From assembly GCA_965219955.1 (NCBI GenBank), contig OZ244799.1, forward strand, positions 1,125,915 to 1,189,914: 64,000 nucleotides of DNA, in the 5' to 3' direction. The stretch comes from a bacterium (GTDB lineage: Bacteria > UBA8248). The notes under the pieces were generated by a model that was not told where the DNA came from, ran no database searches, and saw only the letters and a program-made list of their open reading frames with translations. Positions 8,352 to 16,315 of this stretch are shown here, piece after piece (within the stretch, counting starts at the first letter, position 1; each line of letters begins with the position of its first letter). Position numbers and translations under genes: made by a program.

Positions 8352-11087
8352 CTACCGTTTCCTCGGCTTCCTCACCCGCACGGCGCAGAACTTGAACTCG
8401 GGGATTTTCCCGTAGGGGTCCAAGTCGTCCACCGTGAGCAGGTTCGCGGCGGCCTCGACGTAGTGGAACGGGATGAAGACCTGCCCGGGCCGCACCCGCG
8501 AAGAAGCCCGGGCGGGGAGGGTGATCTCCCCCCGTCTCGATTCCACCAGAACGTCCGAATCGTCTCTGATCTTCAGGCGTTTCAGGTCTTCGGGCGACAT
8601 CTCGACATAAGGCCCCGGTTCCGCGGCCTCCAGCGCCTGCGCCCTTCTGGTGATGGCCCCGGTGTGCCAGTGGTAGATGTTCCGCCCCGTGTTGAGCACG
8701 AAGGGGTAGTCGTCGTCCGGCATCTCCCTGGCGGGCGCGTACTGGACGGGAATGAGCTTGCCGGGTCCTGAGGGAAACGATTTGTCGAAGAGGATTTCCC
8801 TGCCCTTGTGATTGGGCCTTGTGCACGGCCAGACGAGTCCGTGACGCCCCAGCCGGTCGTAGGACATCCCCGCCATGAAGGGCGTCAAGGATGCGATTTC
8901 ATCGAAAATTTCAGATTCCGACCCATATTCCATCGGGTATCCGAGGCGTTCCGAGAGTTCGGCCACGATGCGCCAGTCCTCGCGCGCCTCGCCGGGCGGA
9001 TCGATGGCGCGTCTGCCGATCTGGACTCTGCGGTCGGTGTTCGTATAGGTGCCCGTTTTTTCGAAAAAAGCCGTGGAGGGGAGGACGACGTCCGCGAAAT
9101 AGGCGGTTTCCGTCAGAAAAATGTCCTGGACGACGAGGAATTCGAGGTTCGCCAGCGCGCCGCGCGAGTGGTTGAGATTGGGGTCGCTCATGGCCGGGTT
9201 CTCGCCCATGATGTACATGCCCCTTATCTCGCCCCGGTTGGCGGCGTCGGCGATCTCCATCACGGTGAGGCCGGGCTCGGGGTCGAGCTTGCGGCCCCAG
9301 GCCTTTTCGAATTTCCTGCGTATCGCGGGCGAGGCGACGTCCTGATAGGCGGAATAGACCATCGGGATGAGGCCCACGTCCGACGCGCCCTGCACGTTGT
9401 TCTGCCCGCGCAGGGGGTGGAGTCCCGTTCCCTCCCGCCCGATCTGCCCGCAGATGAGGCAAAGCGCGATGAGCGCGCGGCAGTTGTCCGTGCCGTGGGT
9501 GTGCTGGGAGAGGCCCATGCCCCAGAAGGTCATGCTGCGCGCGGAGGTCGCGTACCCCCTGGCCAGTTCCCGGAGCGTTTCGGCGGGGACGCCGGTGAGT
9601 TTGGCGACGTTCTCAGGCGTGTAGGGCTTTACGTTTTCCGCGAGTTCGGGGAATCCCTCGGTGCGCGCGGCGATGAAGTCGGCGTCGTAGAGTTTCTCCT
9701 CGATCACCACGTTCAACAGCCCGTTGAACAGCGCCACGTCCGTGCCGGGGCGGAACTGAACGAACATGTCCGCGTGGTCGACCAGGTCGATTCTCCTCGG
9801 GTCGACCACGGCCAGCGTGGCGCCAGCGCTTGCGGCCTGCTTGATGAAGGTGGCCGCCACGGGGTGGTTTTCCGTGGCGTTGGCCCCCGCCACGAGGATG
9901 AAATCGGCTTTGAGGGCATCCGAGAAGGGGTTGCTCACCGCGCTCGAGCCGATGGTCTGGAACAGGGCGGCCACCGAGCTCGAGTGGCAGAGCCGCGTGC
10001 AGTGGTCCACGTTGTTCGTCCCGAATACGGCGCGGATGAGCTTCTGGAAGAGGTAGTTGTCTTCGTTCGAGCATTTGGCCGAACCGAAGCCGGCCATGCT
10101 CGAGGGGCCGTGGGCCTCGTGGATTTTCCCCAGCGAGGCCGCCGCCAGGTCCATGGCTTCCTCCCAACTCGCCTCGCGGAACAGGGAGAGCGGCTCTCCG
10201 GGCAGTTCCCTCGTCTTGGGCGCGCCTTCCTTGCGGATGAGGGGGGTCGTGAGGCGATCCGGATGGTGGGCGTAGTCGAACCCGTAGCGCCCCTTCACGC
10301 AGAGCCTCCCCTGGTTCACGGGACTCGTCTCGTCCCCCCGGACGCTCAGGAGGGTATTGCCGGCCACCTGGTAGGAGATGGAGCAGCCCACGCCGCAGTA
10401 GGGGCAGACGGAATCCACCTCTCTGGGCTTGCCGGGGGCGATTTGCAGCGTGAGAGATTTATTGGTGAGCGCGTCCGTGGGGCAGGCGGCCATGCACTCC
10501 CCGCACGAGACGCACGTGGATTCGCCCATGGGGAGGTCCGCGTCGAACACGATTTTCGCGCTCGAACCCTTGCCGCCCCGCCCGATGACGTTGTTGCCCT
10601 GAACGTCCGTGCAGGCGCGGATGCAGCGGTCGCACAGGATGCACGCGCTGTGATCCACGGCGATGACGGCGGATGAGAAATCCTGCGCCCGCTCCGTATC
10701 CTTGGGCGGCAGGGCGCTTACGCCGTTTTTGGCTTCGAGCTGCCCGGCGAGCGCGGTGAGTTCGCAGTTCACGGATTCGGATTCCGCGCCGTGGTCCGCC
10801 ATCAGCATGGCCACCAGCGTTTTCTGGGCGCGCGCGACGCGCTCGCTGGCCGTTTGGATCACCATGCCGGGCTCGACCTTCCGGTGGCAGGAGGGAACGA
10901 GCGTCCGCGCGCCCTCGACCTCGACGGCGCACACGCGGCACACGCCCACGGGCTCCATGCCGGGCTGGTGGCAGAGCCTGGGGATCTCGACGCCCGTCGA
11001 CTGCGCCGCCTCCCAGATGGTCGCGCCGGCCCCGGCCTTTATCTTTCGGCCGTCGATGGTGATGGCGATCGTCTTGTCGTCAGGCAT
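8352..11087 (-). CDS. NAD-dependent formate dehydrogenase alpha subunit (molybdopterin oxidoreductase, FdsA/FdhA-like, Cys-type)
   Basis: N-terminal 2Fe-2S ('CHQPGMEPVGVCRVCAVEV') and two 4Fe-4S ferredoxin motifs ('CILCDRCIRAC', 'CVSCGECMAACP'). MopB 4Fe-4S motif 'CPYCGVGC'. Catalytic-site region 'VDHCTRLCHSSSVAAL'. 911 aa. Confidence 0.9.
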   Translation of the reverse strand: MPDDKTIAITIDGRKIKAGAGATIWEAAQSTGVEIPRLCHQPGMEPVGVCRVCAVEVEGARTLVPSCHRKVEPGMVIQTASERVARAQKTLVAMLMADHGAESESVNCELTALAGQLEAKNGVSALPPKDTERAQDFSSAVIAVDHSACILCDRCIRACTDVQGNNVIGRGGKGSSAKIVFDADLPMGESTCVSCGECMAACPTDALTNKSLTLQIAPGKPREVDSVCPYCGVGCSISYQVAGNTLLSVRGDETSPVNQGRLCVKGRYGFDYAHHPDRLTTPLIRKEGAPKTRELPGEPLSLFREASWEEAMDLAAASLGKIHEAHGPSSMAGFGSAKCSNEDNYLFQKLIRAVFGTNNVDHCTRLCHSSSVAALFQTIGSSAVSNPFSDALKADFILVAGANATENHPVAATFIKQAASAGATLAVVDPRRIDLVDHADMFVQFRPGTDVALFNGLLNVVIEEKLYDADFIAARTEGFPELAENVKPYTPENVAKLTGVPAETLRELARGYATSARSMTFWGMGLSQHTHGTDNCRALIALCLICGQIGREGTGLHPLRGQNNVQGASDVGLIPMVYSAYQDVASPAIRRKFEKAWGRKLDPEPGLTVMEIADAANRGEIRGMYIMGENPAMSDPNLNHSRGALANLEFLVVQDIFLTETAYFADVVLPSTAFFEKTGTYTNTDRRVQIGRRAIDPPGEAREDWRIVAELSERLGYPMEYGSESEIFDEIASLTPFMAGMSYDRLGRHGLVWPCTRPNHKGREILFDKSFPSGPGKLIPVQYAPAREMPDDDYPFVLNTGRNIYHWHTGAITRRAQALEAAEPGPYVEMSPEDLKRLKIRDDSDVLVESRRGEITLPARASSRVRPGQVFIPFHYVEAAANLLTVDDLDPYGKIPEFKFCAVRVRKPRKR

Positions 11088-11102
11088 TGTTCAGCCCCGC
11101 CG

Positions 11103-12752
11103 TCATTTCAGTCTCGTTTCGATATCCGACTCGAAGTATTCGAAAAGCGAGAGATACGGAATCGGCGCGGCCTGGCCCAGGCCGCAGATGGATGTGTCCT
11201 TCATGGCCTCGCATATCTCGCGCATGGCGGGCAGCTCAGAGGCCAGCGCCTCGCCGCTTAAGGCCCGCTCCAGAAAGGCGGTGAGCTTCTCCGTCCCCAG
11301 GCGGCAGGGCACGCACTTGCCGCAGGATTCGTCCCTGAAAAAGCGCACCACGTTGTGGGCGAGCGCCACCATGTCCACCCCCTCGGGGATGACGACGAGC
11401 GCCCCGCTGCCCAGCATGCTGCCCGCCTCCTGCAGGGAGTCGAAGTCGTATGGAATGTCGACGAGGCTCGCGGGCAGAAACCCGCTGCTGGCCCCGCCGG
11501 GCGAGAACGCCTTCAGGTGCGCGCCAGCAGTCAGGCCGCCCGCGGGGCCTTCTATAATCTCCCGGATCGGCGTTCCGAACTCCACCTCGTAGACCCCCGG
11601 TTTCCTGACCGCGCCGCTCACGCCCACCACCTTGAAGCCTTGGCTCCCGTTCCGCCCGAAGGAGGTGAACCATTCCGCTCCTTTCTTGAGCACCGCCGGG
11701 ATGAGCGCGAAGGTCTCGACGTTGTTGATGAGGGTGGGCTTGCCGAAAAGACCCGCCGTGCCTGGGAAGGGGGGCTTGTCGCGGGGCTGGGCGCGCTTGT
11801 CCTCCAGGACTTCCAGGAGCGCCGTCTCCTCCCCGCAGATGTACCCGCCGGGACTCGTAAAGATTTCGAGGCTCGGTGTTGTTTTCGTGTCGATCAAGCG
11901 CGCCTTGCGCGCGCGCTCGATGGCGCGTCCCAGCTTTCTCGCCTGCGCGCCGTATTCATGGCGTATGTAGATGATGGCGCGCCCGGCCCCCACGGCCCGG
12001 CAGGCGATGAGTATTCCCTCGACGACGAGCTCGGGGTGCGAGTCCATGATGGCGCGGTCCTTGAACGTGCCCGGCTCGCTCTCATCGGCGTTGCAGACGA
12101 CGAATTTCTCTTTGGCCTGCGCGCTCAGGACGAAACGCCACTTGAGCCCTGCCGGAAAGCCGGCCCCGCCCATGCCGCGCAGGCCGCTCTCCTTCAGGAC
12201 ATCGATGACGCTTTCCGGCTTGTCGTTTTTCATCAACGCTCGCAGGACGCCGAAGGCCCCGTTCCTGCGGTAAGGGTTGATTCGCGATGCGTGCCTGAGT
12301 TTTTGCGCTCTCGAGGCGGGGCTTGGACGTCCATTTTTCCAGGACGCGATGATGCCCTGAAATTTTTCATCCGTGAGAGAGGAATAGATGCGGCCTTCTA
12401 TCTCGGCGGCGGGACCCTTGTCGCACCGGCCCAGGCAGGCGCAGCTTTCGGGGCGGAGGTCCCGGATTCCGGCGCGGCGGGCGAGATTATTCGCGTTGTC
12501 CAGCAACGCGGCGCCGCCAGCGAGCAGGCAGCTCATGTCCCGGCAGACCTGGACTTTCGGTTTCGGGGGTTTTTCCAGGTGAAAGTGCGGGAAAAAGCTG
12601 GCGATGCCGTAGGAATCGTAGATGGGAACGCCCAGGTCTTTGGAGACCTCGGTGATCGCTTCTTTCGAGAGATAGCCTTCTTCTTTCTGGCGGGAGAGCA
12701 GGGCCTCGATTTTGGCGGGAGACTTGTAGACCGTGGAAGCGTTTTCTGTCAT
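11103..12752 (-). CDS. NADH-dehydrogenase subunit F-like protein with fused NuoE-like 2Fe-2S domain (formate dehydrogenase beta, FdsB/FdsG-like)
   Basis: 'GLRGMGGAGFPAGLKWRF' FMN/NADH site, C-terminal 'ESCGKCVPCRLG' 4Fe-4S motif, and an N-terminal thioredoxin-like 'CRDMSC...CLGRCDKGPA'. 15 bp upstream of fdhA. Confidence 0.88.
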   Translation of the reverse strand: MTENASTVYKSPAKIEALLSRQKEEGYLSKEAITEVSKDLGVPIYDSYGIASFFPHFHLEKPPKPKVQVCRDMSCLLAGGAALLDNANNLARRAGIRDLRPESCACLGRCDKGPAAEIEGRIYSSLTDEKFQGIIASWKNGRPSPASRAQKLRHASRINPYRRNGAFGVLRALMKNDKPESVIDVLKESGLRGMGGAGFPAGLKWRFVLSAQAKEKFVVCNADESEPGTFKDRAIMDSHPELVVEGILIACRAVGAGRAIIYIRHEYGAQARKLGRAIERARKARLIDTKTTPSLEIFTSPGGYICGEETALLEVLEDKRAQPRDKPPFPGTAGLFGKPTLINNVETFALIPAVLKKGAEWFTSFGRNGSQGFKVVGVSGAVRKPGVYEVEFGTPIREIIEGPAGGLTAGAHLKAFSPGGASSGFLPASLVDIPYDFDSLQEAGSMLGSGALVVIPEGVDMVALAHNVVRFFRDESCGKCVPCRLGTEKLTAFLERALSGEALASELPAMREICEAMKDTSICGLGQAAPIPYLSLFEYFESDIETRLK

Positions 12753-12889
12753 CGAAATCTCCCCGTGAGCCGCGATGCCTCGTAAGTCATTCTAAATGTT
12801 CGCGCAACGAGGTGTCCAGCAATGCTTTGGCGATGCGTCGGGGAGCGCTGTTCGGGGTTGTTGAAAAAGGCCGGTGAGTGAGTGATCGA

Positions 12890-13720
12890 CGCGAGGGGGT
12901 GTAGGGACAGGTCGCGACCTCGGACAGGCGCAGAAGCCTGTCCGCTACGGCCGATTCGTTCACCAGCGATCCGCGCGAAACCTCCTCCTCATCCTGAGTA
13001 GGCGCGCAAGCGCCGTATCGAAGGATGGAAGACGCTACTTCCTCGGAGGCAAGAATTTCGCCCTTCGACAGGCTCAGGACAGGCCCCTTCGATACGCGGT
13101 TCCGCCGCTACTCAGGGTGAGGAAGGTGGGGGGCGGAGTTTGCCCCGAGCGAAGTCGATGGGCGGCTACCCAGGGTGAGGCGGAGCGGCGGGTTGCTCAG
13201 GGGGTCAAGCGCGAGCGATGAAGGGCTGTTGAAAAACCCTATCCGACCTTCAAGATTGTTCGCCGTAGGGACAGGCCTCCGTGCCTGTCCCTGTGAAGCG
13301 CAACCACGGGGATCGACATATCCGATACGGGCGGCCACGGGGGGCAGGGCGGCCTCTGGGGATCGCCCTGCTACGGGGGCATGCGGTTTTGTTCGTCATT
13401 CCGGCGAAAGCCGGAATCCATTTCCGCCTTTGCCTTTTCGTCCCCTCGTTTCGGACGTCTTTACTTACGGGCGGGGAGGAGCGGAATCGAACACAAAAAC
13501 GAAAGGCGAATTCTCTGGATTCCGCATACGGACGCAGCGCAACAACAAGGTCTTGGCGCACCTCCCGATGAAAAGTCAAAATGGATTCCGGCTTTCGCCG
13601 GAATGACGGCGGTTCTCCCGCATGGAGGGGCGGTTGAAAAACCCGGAGAGGGAAAATTTGTTTGCGTGTATGTCGGACATGTATGTCCGACATACATGCG
13701 ACCCTGATTTTTTTAACCCA
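12890..13720. repeat. Intergenic mosaic repeat block inside the largest gene-free tract (12753-13914)
   Basis: The block is built almost entirely from modules seen elsewhere. These include 'gtagggacagg...' palindromes, a 'cctcatcctgagtagg...ctactcagggtgagg' long inverted repeat (12987-13123), GTTGAAAAA hairpins, a MITE-like element, and the palindrome 'gtcggacatgtatgtccgac' (13672-13691). Confidence 0.85.
13395..13607. mobile_element. MITE-like non-autonomous element, copy 1 (213 bp, 29-bp terminal inverted repeats)
   Basis: Left TIR 'gtcattccggcgaaagccggaatccattt' and right TIR 'aaatggattccggctttcgccggaatgac'. The internal sequence is collinear with copies at 43981-44196 and 59502-59714. 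No ORF. Confidence 0.7.
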
Positions 13721-13914
13721 CTACATGGGCCGCATGTCTGTAGCGCTCCCAAGAAGGGAGCGCTACCTACAAAAACCGCCCCTAAAACCCTCGTTCATCA
13801 AGACTCTTTCAACAGGCCCGCGCCTTGCGCCTGCGGCTTGTGAGTCGCCGGGCTTGTCGAGTACATTGTGGGCCTTCACGCCGGGACGTTTCCTGCCGGA
13901 TCGAGGAGTTCGGT

Positions 13915-14454
13915 TTGACCGCTTTGGTTCGCTCTTTTCATTTCGCCCTTCTGGTGTCGTGGCTCGCCCTCACGCTGGGCGTGTGGTGGGCCGCGACGAA
14001 CTCGTTCGAGGCGTTCAACGCGGAGAAGAACCCGGTGGCTTCGAAGCTGTTCGAACCCGCCCCGGAAGCGAAAATCAAGGGCCGCATGGCCGCGAGAGAA
14101 GTCAACACCCGCATTTTCCGCGCCTGGAACCGCCTGCAACTCATGTTCTGCGTCTTGTTGTTCTGCTTTCTCTGGTGGGCGGGACGGATGAGCGGCCTGC
14201 CGCTCGCGCTGGCCGGGTGTCTCCTCCTCATCGTGGGCGTTCACGTCTTCTGGTTCACGCCGAAAATAGAAGCGCTCGGAAGAATTCTCACGAGCGCGGA
14301 GGTTTTGGGGAATGCGCCGTCCGTGCAGAGTGAATTCGGAAGCTACCACGGGGCGTATGTCATCACGGATATCTTGAAGGCCTGCATCCTGTTCGCGGCG
14401 ATATGGATTTCTCCGTGGCGAAAGATTTTCGGGAGCGAAACGCCGCGCGGGTGA
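13915..14454 (+). CDS. Hypothetical integral membrane protein (4 predicted TM helices)
   Basis: The hydrophobic part of track ORF 13825-14454. TTG at 13915 is preceded by GAGGAG. I did not recognise a family with confidence. Confidence 0.5.
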   Translation: MTALVRSFHFALLVSWLALTLGVWWAATNSFEAFNAEKNPVASKLFEPAPEAKIKGRMAAREVNTRIFRAWNRLQLMFCVLLFCFLWWAGRMSGLPLALAGCLLLIVGVHVFWFTPKIEALGRILTSAEVLGNAPSVQSEFGSYHGAYVITDILKACILFAAIWISPWRKIFGSETPRG

Positions 14455-14586
14455 AGGTTTCTCCGCACCCGTTTCTCTCCTTCGCCTTGCGGGACTACCC
14501 ATCGGCTGGCAGGATGGTATAAAATGATACTTTTACGCCGCCGCGCTGTCGCTATCAGGTCGCAGTAATGTCGTAGCGACGCCAAT

Positions 14587-15483
14587 ATGGGGGGCTTCAT
14601 ATTGAACCCCGCCTGTGACAAGCGCCAGTCTTTCCCGCGCCGGAAAGGTCGCTTTCCGCTGCGGAGAGCTATCTTCTCGGGTTTTCTCGTCTTGTCGGCG
14701 CTCATCTTCTCGTCCACTTTTGCGTGGGCGGTCGATGGCATCTGCAAGCCGGGGATCGTCCGCCACGACGGGAGTTTCATCCCCGTCTCGATGAGGGGCG
14801 GATGGGCGAGGGTTCGGCAAGCGCGCGAGGTTCGGCTGAAGTTCCTGGGCCACTCGAGTTTCCTGATCGAGGCCCCGGGAGGCGGGCGGGCCGTCATGGA
14901 CCCCTACGTCATCCCCATCCTGGATCCGCCGCCGGATGCCGTCACCGTCAGCAATTTTCATGAGACCCACTCGATGACGGGGCCCTACCTGGGCAAGTCG
15001 GAGATTTTTTTCGGCGTGACGAAAGAGGGAAAGCCCAACGCGATCGACGAGAAATTCGGGAACCTGAGGATCGCCTCTTTCCCCCAGGTGGACGGGGACG
15101 AGAACCATCCTTTCGTCCTGAACACCATCCATGTCTTTCAGGCGGGCGGGATTTGCGTCGCCCATTTCGGCAACGCGCGCTTCGGCCCCTCGCCCGGGCA
15201 GATACGCGCGCTGGGGAAAATCCACGTCCTGCTGCTCCCGATAGACGGCTCGTTCACGGTCCCCCACGAGGTGGCGGCCAAGATCACCAAGCGCATCGGG
15301 CCCAACATCGTGATACCGATGCACTATTTTGGCCCCGAATTGACCGGCGAGTTCGAAAAGGCCCTGAAGGCGGAGGGAATCACGAGAGTCGTTCGCCCGA
15401 AGGAGACCGAACTCGTGCTCACGCGCAAAAGACTGCCGCCGCCCACGACCTATGTGGTGTTGCCCGATGTCAACGTCCCGTAA
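14587..15483 (+). CDS. Secreted MBL-fold metallo-hydrolase-like protein
   Basis: N-terminal signal-like hydrophobic segment. 'LKFLGHSSFLIE' and 'AVTVSNFHETH' resemble the UPF0173/UlaG-like beta-lactamase fold. Confidence 0.65.
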   Translation: MGGFILNPACDKRQSFPRRKGRFPLRRAIFSGFLVLSALIFSSTFAWAVDGICKPGIVRHDGSFIPVSMRGGWARVRQAREVRLKFLGHSSFLIEAPGGGRAVMDPYVIPILDPPPDAVTVSNFHETHSMTGPYLGKSEIFFGVTKEGKPNAIDEKFGNLRIASFPQVDGDENHPFVLNTIHVFQAGGICVAHFGNARFGPSPGQIRALGKIHVLLLPIDGSFTVPHEVAAKITKRIGPNIVIPMHYFGPELTGEFEKALKAEGITRVVRPKETELVLTRKRLPPPTTYVVLPDVNVP

Positions 15484-16315
15484 TTCTTTCCTGAGCCGGC
15501 GCGTGTTCATCGCCCGCGCCGCCATGGCGGCAGCCGCGCTGCTCGGCCTGCCCGGGCGGGCGAATGCGCAGTCGAATCCTCCTTTGAGCGAATGGCAAAA
15601 GAATCTTTTTCCGCGTTCCTCCGAGGAGGAAAAGACGTTTCTCCCCGATTTCACGCCGGCGCAGCTGCGCTACTCCGGCGGACGCTGGCAGGAATATCCC
15701 ACGGCGATGGCTTCCTTTCTCGATGAGGTGCAAAAGCGCACGAGCATCGAAACCGCACGGGATGCGCAGGCGGTCGACATCTCCTCGCCCGAAATTTTCG
15801 AATATCCTTTTCTCTACATGGCGGGGCGTTACGAATTCGAGATGCCCGACGCCAGGGCGATAGACAACCTGAGGCGGCACCTCACCTACGGGGGGTTTTT
15901 GCTCATCGACGACGGCTTGGGGCTCGAGGAGGAGGCCTTCGGCGGCGCGGTCAGGAAACTCATGCGCCTCGTCTTTCCCAGGAACGCCCTCGAGGCGCTC
16001 CAGCGCGAGCATGCCGCTTTCAAGAGCTATTATCTGATTCGCTCCATCGGCGGGCGCCAGGCCGTGAGCCAGGATTTGATGGGCATCAACGTAGGGATGT
16101 TCACGCCCGTCATCTTCTGCCGGAACGACCTGGGGGGCGCCTGGGCGAGGGGGCCCGGCGGCGGATGGCTGGAGGAATGCACCCCCGGCGGCGAGACGCA
16201 GCGCCTCGCGGCCTTTCAACTCGCGGTGAACATCGCCCTCTATGCGATGACGGGCAACTACAAGCAAGACCTCATCCACCACCCCTTCATCCAGCGCAGG
16301 CTGAACCAGGGCTAG
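15467..16315 (+). CDS. DUF4159-like protein with Tat signal peptide
   Basis: 'SRRVFIARAAMAAAALLGLPGRANAQ' twin-arginine signal. 'YPFLYMAGRYEFEMPDARAIDNLRRHLTYGGFLLIDD' matches the family usually found in MoxR/DUF58/BatA clusters. Overlaps the previous stop codon. Confidence 0.7.
   Translation: MSTSRNSFLSRRVFIARAAMAAAALLGLPGRANAQSNPPLSEWQKNLFPRSSEEEKTFLPDFTPAQLRYSGGRWQEYPTAMASFLDEVQKRTSIETARDAQAVDISSPEIFEYPFLYMAGRYEFEMPDARAIDNLRRHLTYGGFLLIDDGLGLEEEAFGGAVRKLMRLVFPRNALEALQREHAAFKSYYLIRSIGGRQAVSQDLMGINVGMFTPVIFCRNDLGGAWARGPGGGWLEECTPGGETQRLAAFQLAVNIALYAMTGNYKQDLIHHPFIQRRLNQG

Noticed and set aside
13470-13495. tRNA-like sequence: the reverse complement 'gTTCGATTCCgctcctccccgcc' resembles a T-loop plus acceptor 3' half.
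   Set aside because: The 5' half of a T-stem, the anticodon arm and the D-arm cannot be formed from flanking sequence. The segment is internal to the MITE-like element and recurs, degenerated, in the other copies. At most it is a tRNA-derived remnant.
13381-13707. Short ORFs across the repeat tracts encoding recurring peptides such as WIPAFAGMT, VIPAKAGIH, SFRRKPESI, FFNSPLKGGV and RTAPTG (for example 3514-3780, 13250-13693, 39541-39900, 43938-44420, 59385-59742).
   Set aside because: The shared peptides arise because the same DNA repeat modules are translated in both orientations. The ORFs have no RBS or start context and differ in length and frame between copies.
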